From assembly GCA_021537435.1 (NCBI GenBank), contig GCA_021537435.1_3050.1: 64,000 nt of DNA; one strand, given 5' to 3'. A program made the translations under genes and the position numbers. This document shows positions 55,864 through 64,000 of this stretch, piece after piece. The stretch is from a phage. The notes under the pieces are model-generated. The model was not told where the DNA came from. It did not search any database and saw only the letters and a list, made by a program, of their open reading frames with translations. The number at the start of each line of letters is the position of its first letter. Position 1 is the stretch's first letter.

Positions 55864-56495
55864 TCAACTACCTCAATATCATACACTTTAAATGTTCCAA
55901 ATGAATCGTGTAATTTTTCTTTTGAAATAGAAGTTATTTTATACTTTCCAATTGGAATCATCCATTCTTGTTCACGCACAATCATCATTAAGTTATCAGT
56001 ACGTTCTGAATCTAATCCATCGGTATCTTCATATGTATACTTAAACTCAGTATTAGGAGAAGAAAGTATAATATCGCTGATATGGTCAGAATAATTAAAA
56101 GCTTTATCAGTTTTTAAGCGAAATATTATTTCAGTGGAATATTCAACATAAGAAAAACCACATGCTGTATGCAAACTAGTAGTAAATGAATCTACTCTGT
56201 TCGTTGAAAACACTTCTCCAACTTGTAAATCTTTAATGAGTTCTTTTGTCGATTTTGATATACCACGATATAGCTGATAAGGCGATTTAGTTAAATGCTT
56301 TTTAACGATTTTATTCAACTGCTGATGAAGAGCTTCATTCTTTTTGGCTTCCATACATTGCCAAAGAATTGACTGTTCAAAGTCAGTAAATTTTTCACAG
56401 ACCTTTTTATACATATCATATTGAAAATCGACACTTTCAGCTTTTATAGATAACTGTTCAACATCTGCAAGATTAATAATCATGATAGCCTCCAT
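55860..56495 (-). CDS. modB: ADP-ribosyltransferase ModB
   Basis: 211 aa paralogue of the preceding ORF. Confidence 0.65.
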   Translation of the reverse strand: MEAIMIINLADVEQLSIKAESVDFQYDMYKKVCEKFTDFEQSILWQCMEAKKNEALHQQLNKIVKKHLTKSPYQLYRGISKSTKELIKDLQVGEVFSTNRVDSFTTSLHTACGFSYVEYSTEIIFRLKTDKAFNYSDHISDIILSSPNTEFKYTYEDTDGLDSERTDNLMMIVREQEWMIPIGKYKITSISKEKLHDSFGTFKVYDIEVVE

Positions 56496-56506
56496 ATACT
56501 TCAGAA

Positions 56507-56539
56507 GCTATCATATCATTGTTAGGAAGGAAAGTAAAC
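56507..56539 (-). promoter_or_regulatory. T4-type early promoter for modB
   Basis: Minus strand GTTTACT, 17 nt, TATGAT. Confidence 0.5.
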
Positions 56540-56550
56540 AACTTTTTGAA

Positions 56551-56733
56551 TTATTTTGCCCAGGGAGCCCAGGGCGGAGGGTCAAGATGGTATGAAGCTA
56601 GTTCTTCTAGAAGAGCATCTGGGGCTTCAATTCCATAATTCTGTAATACTATACGGTACTCTTTCTTATAATCACTAGAATCATTCTGGATATTCGTAGA
56701 ATGATTATCTTCTAACATCTCAAATAAATCCAT
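56551..56733 (-). CDS. hypothetical protein
   Basis: ORF-track 60 aa. Confidence 0.4.
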   Translation of the reverse strand: MDLFEMLEDNHSTNIQNDSSDYKKEYRIVLQNYGIEAPDALLEELASYHLDPPPWAPWAK

Positions 56734-56741
56734 ATTAATTC

Positions 56742-57212
56742 CTAGCGATAAAAACCAAATTGACGATTAGCTTCAATAATCTTTCTTTCTTCTTCGGACA
56801 TTCTCCAGCGTAGTCCAACATCAAAATGAGCCCAGACCATCTTAACAAATGCATTTATATCTTTAATATCTTCAATAATGAATGTTTTACTTTTATAAGG
56901 TTGACTAGCTAATTTAACTTTATCGTCTTCAAACAGGTCAAAAAGACCGTATTCATGAGCTCTTTTATAGCCTTTAATAGTTAAAGCTTCAGAAGAAGAA
57001 AACGGTGAATCGGTATTCTGTAAAATATCTTCAGTATGCTTTATAATTAGAATAACATTTTCTGGATATTTTCTTTCTTTTATATCTTTAATTAAAAAAT
57101 CCGGATTTTCTGCTAAAGGAATAATTAATGAGCAATTTTTATTAAGTGTATTTACTGATTTACCTTCTTTAGACATAAATTCTATTGAATATCGTTTTGC
57201 TACTTCAATCAT
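56742..57212 (-). CDS. hypothetical protein
   Basis: ORF-track 156 aa. Confidence 0.5.
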   Translation of the reverse strand: MIEVAKRYSIEFMSKEGKSVNTLNKNCSLIIPLAENPDFLIKDIKERKYPENVILIIKHTEDILQNTDSPFSSSEALTIKGYKRAHEYGLFDLFEDDKVKLASQPYKSKTFIIEDIKDINAFVKMVWAHFDVGLRWRMSEEERKIIEANRQFGFYR

Positions 57213-57365
57213 GTGATTTCCTTTTGCCTACTAATGGACCGTCAGGAATTTTGTTTTCCTGGATATATTTCTCATTTTCTTCCATCATTTTACTGCCAAT
57301 TTTAAGAAGCAAATCCAGTGCTTCGTTTGCTTTAGCTTTAGCCTCTTCTAATGCCATATCTCTGT

Positions 57366-57569
57366 TCACGATTTATCCCCATAGATGTCTCTCATCAATT
57401 TAAGCGCTGAGCGTTCTAATTTCTTTTCTTTCTCAGCACTAATCATTGATTTCATCCATTCTTCTGATTCGTTCTGCATTTCTTTATTTGCTTGTTCAAC
57501 CCAACCATCGTCAATATACATTGAGTTTGGTCTATTGAACCATTCAAGCATTTTCTTCAGAACTTTCAT
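57366..57569 (-). CDS. hypothetical protein
   Basis: ORF-track 67 aa. Confidence 0.4.
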   Translation of the reverse strand: MKVLKKMLEWFNRPNSMYIDDGWVEQANKEMQNESEEWMKSMISAEKEKKLERSALKLMRDIYGDKS

Positions 57570-58041
57570 TTGTTTTACCTAAAACAACAGTAGGAGCATC
57601 ATCAAATTCATGAATTTTTAGCAAATTTGGATGTAAACTATTCCACACAGAAGAAATAAAGTATGATAAAGCATCTTCACTCGCAATTATAAATTTATTT
57701 CCTTTATCTATTTTCCAACTATATACTGAATCATACGAATAGAAAGATAAAGGATTATCATTATATTGTTCTGCGCTAACATTAATGTATTCTGATTTAG
57801 TAAATGCTTCAATTGCTCTAAATGGAATATTTGGTACAGTTTCAATAATACCAATCTTTTTAAGTTTTATTTCAGCATCTTCTGGAACTGGCATTGAAAC
57901 GAAATTTTCTACGAGATACATTGGGTCACAATAACCCTTATCAATCATTACTGCTACGGTAATTGGAACGTCTTTAGCAAACGACAAACTATTACTGCTA
58001 ATATACATTTCAAACAAAATCGCTTCCATAATTTTCCTCAA
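57544..58041 (-). CDS. hypothetical protein (mrh-like position)
   Basis: ORF-track 165 aa. Confidence 0.45.
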   Translation of the reverse strand: MRKIMEAILFEMYISSNSLSFAKDVPITVAVMIDKGYCDPMYLVENFVSMPVPEDAEIKLKKIGIIETVPNIPFRAIEAFTKSEYINVSAEQYNDNPLSFYSYDSVYSWKIDKGNKFIIASEDALSYFISSVWNSLHPNLLKIHEFDDAPTVVLGKTNESSEENA

Positions 58042-58385
58042 TCACAAGATGTAGATGAACAACTAGAATCACAAGAACTTCCACATGAATCGCCCGTCCA
58101 TACATGAACAGGAACAGGAACATTAGTATCATATGAATCAGAACTAGACTGTGTATTCTGCGTATTAGATGATGTAGTAGGTGTTGACCAACGCCAAGGA
58201 TTTTTATAATATTCTTGGGCTTCTTCATAAGTCATAGTAACTGCTTCTACTGTTCCATCTCCCATATAAACATATTCAACTACAGTTAAAGGGAGGTAGT
58301 CGTTTGAAATAGGAACTACACCTTCTCCGGGAGTTGTAGAGAAAAAATCCGTAAAGAAACTTTTAAACCAATTAAAGATAAACAT
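58038..58385 (-). CDS. hypothetical protein with Ser/Cys-rich C-terminal tail
   Basis: C-terminus ...[19 protein letters not shown]. Confidence 0.45.
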   Translation of the reverse strand: MFIFNWFKSFFTDFFSTTPGEGVVPISNDYLPLTVVEYVYMGDGTVEAVTMTYEEAQEYYKNPWRWSTPTTSSNTQNTQSSSDSYDTNVPVPVHVWTGDSCGSSCDSSCSSTSCD

Positions 58386-58597
58386 TACAAAAAGCCTCTT
58401 TGAAATTCGACTCTTTGAAATCCACCCCAGTCAGTGTATCGCATTTCAGCATTGAACTCGACTGAACCATCTGCATGCATCATGAATGAATGCGTGACGA
58501 TATCACAATCCCAGCTTTTCATACCCCATTTATCAGAGATAGCTTTATCAAGAACCTTCTGGAGGTCTTCATTTGGTTTAATCCAACGATTTAACAT
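58385..58597 (-). CDS. hypothetical protein
   Basis: ORF-track 70 aa; early promoter upstream. Confidence 0.45.
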   Translation of the reverse strand: MLNRWIKPNEDLQKVLDKAISDKWGMKSWDCDIVTHSFMMHADGSVEFNAEMRYTDWGGFQRVEFQRGFL

Positions 58598-58620
58598 AGT
58601 GCTTTCCTCTATAAGATAAT

Positions 58621-58653
58621 TCTATTATACCATACTTGTTTTGGAAAGTAAAC
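58621..58653 (-). promoter_or_regulatory. T4-type early promoter
   Basis: Minus strand GTTTACT, 17 nt, TGGTATAAT. Confidence 0.55.
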
Positions 58654-58657
58654 CGGT

Positions 58658-58688
58658 AAAATGAAAAAGGACTCCCGAAGGAGTCCTT
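58658..58688 (-). terminator. intrinsic terminator after soc
   Basis: Same 20-nt hairpin as at 3212..3231, followed by UUUUCAUUUU. Confidence 0.7.
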
Positions 58689-58694
58689 GAATTA

Positions 58695-58931
58695 TTAACC
58701 ACCTATTTCTGTAGGCGTAAACATTGCAGCATTCTTAGTTTTCCAAGTTGCTGCATCGGAAACTACATCAGAATAAGCTGCTTTTTCTGACGGAAAGATT
58801 TGATAATGAGAATCTGCAATACGGTGTTCATTTGAATATACATCAAATGCTACAGAAACTTCCATACCTTTAACTTCTTTGCCTTCACCTGCTGGATGAG
58901 TAAAGGTCTTGATGTTAACGAAACCACCCAT
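58695..58931 (-). CDS. soc: small outer capsid protein Soc candidate
   Basis: 78 aa; late promoter and AAGGAG SD upstream; position as T4 soc. Confidence 0.6.
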   Translation of the reverse strand: MGGFVNIKTFTHPAGEGKEVKGMEVSVAFDVYSNEHRIADSHYQIFPSEKAAYSDVVSDAATWKTKNAAMFTPTEIGG

Positions 58932-58962
58932 AATAAACTCCTTTATTGTTTAATTACAGGTG

Positions 58963-58970
58963 TATTTATA
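58963..58970 (-). promoter_or_regulatory. late promoter TATAAATA for soc
   Basis: Minus-strand TATAAATA about 30 nt upstream of the soc ATG. Confidence 0.6.
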
Positions 58971-58973
58971 TCA

Positions 58974-59492
58974 TCAATAACCTCGGTCTTGACGAGCGAA
59001 GTTTTCAGCATTTTTCAGATAATAAAGTTTAAAGATTTCTTCAGCCGTAAGACCGAGACCTTGGAACATGTTCAGAACGAAATGAAGAATATCAATCATT
59101 TCGAATTTAATTTCCAACTGGTCTTGTGGAGATAAGTCAGTAATCAGAGTTTCACGACGTTCACCGTGTTGCGACTTCCACGGCTTCCATACAGCAGATG
59201 CATCTTTTTCGCCATTGCTCATACCACCAAGAGAAGTCAGAAGTTCGCGGAATTCATCATCAATATAATCTTTCTGATTACGCAACCAATCAACAACTTC
59301 ACCTGCAGTAGCCAAATCATCAGGATGACGGTTATATTCAGGTTTATCTTTAGCTAAACGAACCTGCAGAGATTTCTGCATATCAAGCATAACCTGCAGC
59401 GGGTCTTTTTCATCACCGAGAATATCCCAGTATTCATTTTGAGCTTTATCAGCACCTTCGATCAGTTGACTACATTCGTTAAAGTATGCCAT
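58974..59492 (-). CDS. 56: dCTPase/dUTPase gp56 (MazG-like)
   Basis: 172 aa from MAYFNECSQ; ORF-track extension is hydrophobic and overlaps the promoter. Confidence 0.7.
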   Translation of the reverse strand: MAYFNECSQLIEGADKAQNEYWDILGDEKDPLQVMLDMQKSLQVRLAKDKPEYNRHPDDLATAGEVVDWLRNQKDYIDDEFRELLTSLGGMSNGEKDASAVWKPWKSQHGERRETLITDLSPQDQLEIKFEMIDILHFVLNMFQGLGLTAEEIFKLYYLKNAENFARQDRGY

Positions 59493-59521
59493 TATTTTTC
59501 CTTTCAATTCATGGGTTAGTA

Positions 59522-59551
59522 GATTAATTATACAATAAATATATAAAGCAA
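59522..59551 (-). promoter_or_regulatory. MotA-dependent middle promoter candidate for gene 56
   Basis: Minus strand: ATTGCTTTA, 13 nt, then TGTATAAT. Confidence 0.45.
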
Positions 59552-59563
59552 TAAGGAGGATAT

Positions 59564-59764
59564 ATGGTACAAAAATTAATGGCACTTGTTAATGCCATAA
59601 AAGGTAATAAAAAACGTATAGCTTTTACTATTTCTGCTATGGTAGGAATTTTACTCTGGAATTTTGTTTTATCACCAATTGCTATTGCTCATGGTGTTAA
59701 TATTCCAGTAATTACTCTTGATACATTCGTAGATTTAGCATTTGCTTTGGTTGGGTTAATTTAA
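59564..59764 (+). CDS. small two-helix membrane protein on the opposite strand
   Basis: 66 aa with AAGGAGG SD 4 nt before ATG; only plus-strand ORF in this early block not antisense to a gene body. Confidence 0.4.
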   Translation: MVQKLMALVNAIKGNKKRIAFTISAMVGILLWNFVLSPIAIAHGVNIPVITLDTFVDLAFALVGLI

Positions 59765-60789
59765 ATCTTAGCATATTTAGATAGCCGCATTTTAGCCATC
59801 AACCCTTGGGCAATATTATTTTTCATATATTCCATAATTTGTTCAGGGGTTGCACCTTCCTTTCTAATCATATCATTAACATCTTTTGATTTCCAGGGAG
59901 ATTTATCCCAAAACATAACCCTTTCTCCTGCATCAACTAATTTAGTCATTCGTTTAATAGTGTCAGGGTGACGAGGTTCATTATCTAAAACCCATACACG
60001 TCTATCTTTAAATGGAACAATTTCTAGGTCTAATTGACCACCCGTAATAGCTATACCATTTTCAATAAAAAGTGAATCTATAGGTCCTTCTAGAACATAT
60101 ACATCACCATCTTTGACTCGTTCAACTCCATAGATTTTTGTTGCCTCAGGATAAGCTTTGATGGTGATATATTTTTGAGGAGCATCTTTCTTTAATGCAC
60201 GTCCTTGAAAGGACTCGGCTTTTCCGTTAGCATTATAAATTGGAATAACAAGACGAGGCTCGGGCATTTCCTTTTTATATGTTCCTGGCGCTATACTATT
60301 AACTAATTTAGGCCATTCAGTTGTAAACCAAAGATATTTCCATTTATCCTTTGGAATACAACGAGCTTTTACATATTTTATAATTGGATGGTCTTCCGCC
60401 AGTTTATCTAATCTAATGCATGACGGAAGAGATTTAATTATTTTCTTCTCAGGTTGTTTAGGAAGTTCTTTAGGTTTTTCTACTGGACGACTTTTACCTT
60501 TTTCTTTTCTTATTTCAAAGATATATTCACGATATAAATCAGGTTCAAACTCCTTTAAATATATTCCGATTGGTGCATGATAGTTGCAGTTATAACAATG
60601 AATATTTCCTTCATTATTATCACCATAATACCATCCACGGGCTTTATTTTGGTCGGTTTTTGAATCTCCACAAACAGGGCATCTAAACCGTAATTTAAAA
60701 GTTGAACTATTATTTACTTGTACGAATTTAGGTAAATGAGCCAATGCACGGTATGCAAACTCATTATCAATCCAAGGTATTGATGACAT
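59761..60789 (-). CDS. 61: DNA primase gp61
   Basis: 342 aa, N-terminal zinc ribbon CPVCGDS ... CYNC and TOPRIM-like core. Confidence 0.9.
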   Translation of the reverse strand: MSSIPWIDNEFAYRALAHLPKFVQVNNSSTFKLRFRCPVCGDSKTDQNKARGWYYGDNNEGNIHCYNCNYHAPIGIYLKEFEPDLYREYIFEIRKEKGKSRPVEKPKELPKQPEKKIIKSLPSCIRLDKLAEDHPIIKYVKARCIPKDKWKYLWFTTEWPKLVNSIAPGTYKKEMPEPRLVIPIYNANGKAESFQGRALKKDAPQKYITIKAYPEATKIYGVERVKDGDVYVLEGPIDSLFIENGIAITGGQLDLEIVPFKDRRVWVLDNEPRHPDTIKRMTKLVDAGERVMFWDKSPWKSKDVNDMIRKEGATPEQIMEYMKNNIAQGLMAKMRLSKYAKI

Positions 60790-60957
60790 TTTTACTCTTC
60801 TTTTTCTTTAGATTCCTCTTTTTTCTTTTTAGGAATCTGTTCAGGACCTTTATTTACTACAGCACCTGACGTTGTTCCAGTGGAGATATTTTCAGGATTA
60901 CCACCTGAATCTCCAGCTACCATATCTTCTTTAATAAATTCTTTATATGTTTTCATA

Positions 60958-61314
60958 TTAACCTCTATTCATAAAAGCATTAAAAATTTGGTCATCAATA
61001 GATGGAATAGCAACCTTTTCTACATCATTTAACAAATCATTAATTTCATCAGATAGCATAACGCATGTACCTTTATTTCCTGTAATTGTTACTGCACAAT
61101 TACGAACGTTTTCTTTATCAAATTTTAGGTTAATATTTTCGTAGTGAAAATCCTTTAATGCCGAATATATTTTTAAAATGAAATTGTCTTTTACTACAAT
61201 AAACCCAACTTCACTATTAAAACGTGGTTCATGGAAACTGTAATAAACCTTTTCATCTATAAAATCGTATGATATTTTTTCCATTTTTAAATATGAAAAT
61301 TCAGAACTATACAT
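60958..61314 (-). CDS. hypothetical protein
   Basis: ORF-track 118 aa. Confidence 0.5.
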   Translation of the reverse strand: MYSSEFSYLKMEKISYDFIDEKVYYSFHEPRFNSEVGFIVVKDNFILKIYSALKDFHYENINLKFDKENVRNCAVTITGNKGTCVMLSDEINDLLNDVEKVAIPSIDDQIFNAFMNRG

Positions 61315-61326
61315 ACTAACCTCTAA

Positions 61327-61620
61327 TTACTCACCTACCACTTCAGCGATGATATTTTTATTATTAAAGTTTTTATCGCAATACAGAACATAATTATACT
61401 GCATTACACCACCAGACTTAAGCTGTTTTTGTACTTCAGCTTTCATTTCAGGACGGTCACGCTCAACAATATTCATAATATCTGCTTCAATTTGAGTTTC
61501 AACTTCAGTCTGATCTGCAGTCATAGACCATTCACACAAATCTTTGTCATAACCCGCCATAGCAGGCTGAGCAGCACAAGAAGATAAAGCAAAAATTGTA
61601 GCAAAGATAAATTTTTTCAT
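61327..61620 (-). CDS. sp: spackle periplasmic protein
   Basis: 97 aa, signal peptide MKKFIFATIFALSSCAAQPAMA. Confidence 0.65.
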   Translation of the reverse strand: MKKFIFATIFALSSCAAQPAMAGYDKDLCEWSMTADQTEVETQIEADIMNIVERDRPEMKAEVQKQLKSGGVMQYNYVLYCDKNFNNKNIIAEVVGE

Positions 61621-61680
61621 GATAATCTCCTCAGTAGTTTATGTTTATATAGTATCTCAATTTCCAATAAAAGTAAACAG

Positions 61681-61980
61681 CTATTTTAAAACTTCTGCAT
61701 AATCACATGTTACAAACTGTTTCTCTAACTTGACGATTTTACGAAAGTATCTTTTGCATTGGCGAATCTGCCGCTTTGTAGGGCGCACAGCAAACTTAAT
61801 AAATTCAACTCGACCAAATGGAGGGCTTTCTTCTGCCGGAATATCTAATACTAATTCCCACGTATCTGCAATAAGTGCTTTGAATTGAGTATTTTTCCTG
61901 ACGTTATACGGTGTAGGTTTAAATAAAACGATATGCATATTATCCTCGGCAATCCACTTCGCATACTTTCTTGTCATCAA
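61681..61980 (-). CDS. hypothetical protein
   Basis: ORF-track 99 aa. Confidence 0.45.
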   Translation of the reverse strand: MMTRKYAKWIAEDNMHIVLFKPTPYNVRKNTQFKALIADTWELVLDIPAEESPPFGRVEFIKFAVRPTKRQIRQCKRYFRKIVKLEKQFVTCDYAEVLK

Positions 61981-62122
61981 TGAAAGCTTTAACTAGTGCT
62001 TTATTAACTTCAGCATATTGATTAGTAGCCCAGTGAACGTCATCTTTCATCATTGTGATTTCTTTAGTAAACATGCTTTCATTCTTAAACCACCCCATAA
62101 AAACTACCTTTACTAATTCCAT
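61940..62122 (-). CDS. hypothetical protein
   Basis: ORF-track 60 aa; early promoter upstream. Confidence 0.4.
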   Translation of the reverse strand: MELVKVVFMGWFKNESMFTKEITMMKDDVHWATNQYAEVNKALVKAFIDDKKVCEVDCRG

Positions 62123-62148
62123 AACAATCTCCTCATTTAACCAACAAG

Positions 62149-62181
62149 ACTATTATACCATAGTCTTGTCGGCTTGTAAAC
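62149..62181 (-). promoter_or_regulatory. T4-type early promoter overlapping the gene 41 stop
   Basis: Minus strand GTTTACA, 17 nt, TGGTATAAT. Confidence 0.55.
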
Positions 62182-63608
62182 TAAAATTTTAATTCATTCG
62201 CCAAAGCATCTAACTGAGCTCGAGCGGATTCGTTTCTTTGATAGCGATTCTGTTCAGCCTGAATCTGCTGTGAACCTGCTACTTCGTTCACTTCGGTTGG
62301 AGTAGAATCTTGTTCAATTTCTACCCATTTCTGATTTCCTTTTTGAACACCCATCAAAAACTTATTCCATTTATTCTTATCACCATATCGTGATTTGATT
62401 TGCTTAATGAGTTGTTGTTCAGCAGCTGCTAGCTCCTCGGTTTCAATGACCGCAAGCATAAAATCGGCTGTTGCTGGAAGACCGGCAGATTCTGCAATAT
62501 CGCTCATGTTAACATCAGAAGAATCCCAAGCTTGCTTACCAACCTGTGCTGCAGTCCAAAGAACAGTTTCAGTTTCAACAGCCAAAGCACGCAATTCTTC
62601 TGCGATGGCTTTAACAGTTGTGTAACTATTTTCTGAATAAACTCTGATGCGGCAAGATTTACAAATACCTAGATAGTCAACAATAATGATTGTTGGAACA
62701 AAATTCTTCTTGAGCTTCAATTCGTTTAAAAGAGATCGAAATGTATTAGCGTCTGCTCCACCAGTAGGATATTGCTTAACGATTAAACGGCCGAGAGTAG
62801 ATTTCTCACGCCATTTTTCCATCTTTCCTTTATATTCAGCGTAAGAAATATGCCCATCATCAATGTCATCAAGAGAAACATCAAGCATATTAGCATCAAT
62901 ACGCTTAGCACAAACTTCTTCTGCCATTTCCATGGAAATGTAAAGAACGTTATGCCCGAGCTGCAAATAATCTGCTGCCAATGAACACAATCCTAATGAC
63001 TTACCGACGTTAACACCAGCCATTAAAACGTTCAGTGTTCCAGTTTCAGCTCCGCCTTTAGTAATTTTATTTAGAATTTTGAGTTTAAATGGAACCTTAC
63101 GAGCTTTATTCATATAAGATAGCCAACGTGCTTCGTAGTCATCCATCCAATCATGACCAACGTAACTATCAAATGAAATTGATAATGCTTGGCGCATGAT
63201 GTCAGGAATAGCACCGACATCCGGCATTTTCTTATTTCGTTTTTCCGGAGGAAGCTCAGCATTAGTTTGAATTTCAATTATTTTAGACGTAGCATTAAAC
63301 ATCGCCCTTTGCTGAACATATTTTTCTGTTTCTTTTACTAACCAGCTGTGGTCTTCTGGAGAATCGGCTAGTTTCGAAATAAGTGTTTTTACACCAGAAT
63401 ATTCTGTTTCAGTAAATGAACTATTTTCTAATGCAACATTTAACGCATTAATAGATGGAACGCTATGGTATTCATTAACATGAGATTTAATTAATTTGAA
63501 TGTATTTTTAGCTGGACCACTTTCAAAATATTCTGAATCCATATATGGCCAAACTTTTGAAAAATAAGCTTGATCAAATATGAGATGAGAAAGAATAATT
63601 TCTACCAC
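62181..63608 (-). CDS. 41: replicative DNA helicase gp41 (DnaB-like)
   Basis: 475 aa, Walker A GVNVGKS. Confidence 0.95.
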   Translation of the reverse strand: MVEIILSHLIFDQAYFSKVWPYMDSEYFESGPAKNTFKLIKSHVNEYHSVPSINALNVALENSSFTETEYSGVKTLISKLADSPEDHSWLVKETEKYVQQRAMFNATSKIIEIQTNAELPPEKRNKKMPDVGAIPDIMRQALSISFDSYVGHDWMDDYEARWLSYMNKARKVPFKLKILNKITKGGAETGTLNVLMAGVNVGKSLGLCSLAADYLQLGHNVLYISMEMAEEVCAKRIDANMLDVSLDDIDDGHISYAEYKGKMEKWREKSTLGRLIVKQYPTGGADANTFRSLLNELKLKKNFVPTIIIVDYLGICKSCRIRVYSENSYTTVKAIAEELRALAVETETVLWTAAQVGKQAWDSSDVNMSDIAESAGLPATADFMLAVIETEELAAAEQQLIKQIKSRYGDKNKWNKFLMGVQKGNQKWVEIEQDSTPTEVNEVAGSQQIQAEQNRYQRNESARAQLDALANELKF

Positions 63609-63617
63609 ACTTACTCC

Positions 63618-63962
63618 TTAAAAGAATTTAAATTTTTTCTTTGACCTTTTATTAAATGCATCTTGTAGTTGCATTGTAATACATTTTTCTACATGAGGAG
63701 CTAACTCAGCTTTTCTTTCTTGGTCAAGAACAGCAAAGTCCATTACGACTTTTCCATCAACCCAATCTAATTTTGTCACATACACAATGTGTGTAGAACC
63801 GTCTTCTAGTTTAATGACAATCTCCTGGATAACATTTTCCATGGCAGATTTAATTATCTTAAGAGATTCATTAAAAAGACGTTCTTTTCTTTCTTCTTCC
63901 CCCTCCGAAGAGGGGGATTCATCGATAATTTCTAGATCTAAATCTAAATCATCTTTATTCAT
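63618..63962 (-). CDS. 40: gp40 head vertex assembly chaperone candidate
   Basis: ATG at 63960..63962 with GGAAG SD gives 114 aa; ORF track uses a GTG start at 63980 (120 aa). Confidence 0.5.
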   Translation of the reverse strand: MNKDDLDLDLEIIDESPSSEGEEERKERLFNESLKIIKSAMENVIQEIVIKLEDGSTHIVYVTKLDWVDGKVVMDFAVLDQERKAELAPHVEKCITMQLQDAFNKRSKKKFKFF

Positions 63963-64000
63963 TAAATTCTTCCATATCACTTAACTGATCTAGGTCAGTT

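Overview
This window reads as a contiguous 64 kb segment of a T-even (T4-like, Tequatrovirus-type) phage genome. Gene identities were assigned by recalling T4 proteins and motifs; no database search was run. The minus strand carries a long early/middle-gene block: gene 30 (5' end), rIII, 31, cd, pseT, alc, rnlA, denA, nrdB (group I intron with a full-length I-TevIII ORF), nrdA, td (group I intron with I-TevI), frd, 32, 59, 33, dsbA, rnh, and after the tail-fibre cluster asiA, arn, motA, 52, stp, ndd, denB, rIIB, rIIA, 39, dexA, dda, modA/modB, soc, 56, 61, sp, 41, 40. The plus strand carries the late long-tail-fibre operon 34-35-36-37-38 plus holin t. The genome is mosaic relative to T4: gene 39 is unsplit (no gene 60 bypass), the distal fibre is T2-type (gp37 with a C-terminal self-cleaving chaperone domain, glycine-rich gp38 adhesin), and I-TevIII is intact. 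The most interesting candidate is a divergent Dam-family N6-adenine methyltransferase in the nrdA-nrdB interval, where T4 carries the mobE homing endonuclease, while the 56-61 interval where I recall T4 dam lacks any methyltransferase. Other departures are an extra ORF at the frd-td junction and a plus-strand small membrane ORF between 56 and 61. I found no CRISPR array, tRNA or rRNA. Coordinates of promoters and terminators are approximate.
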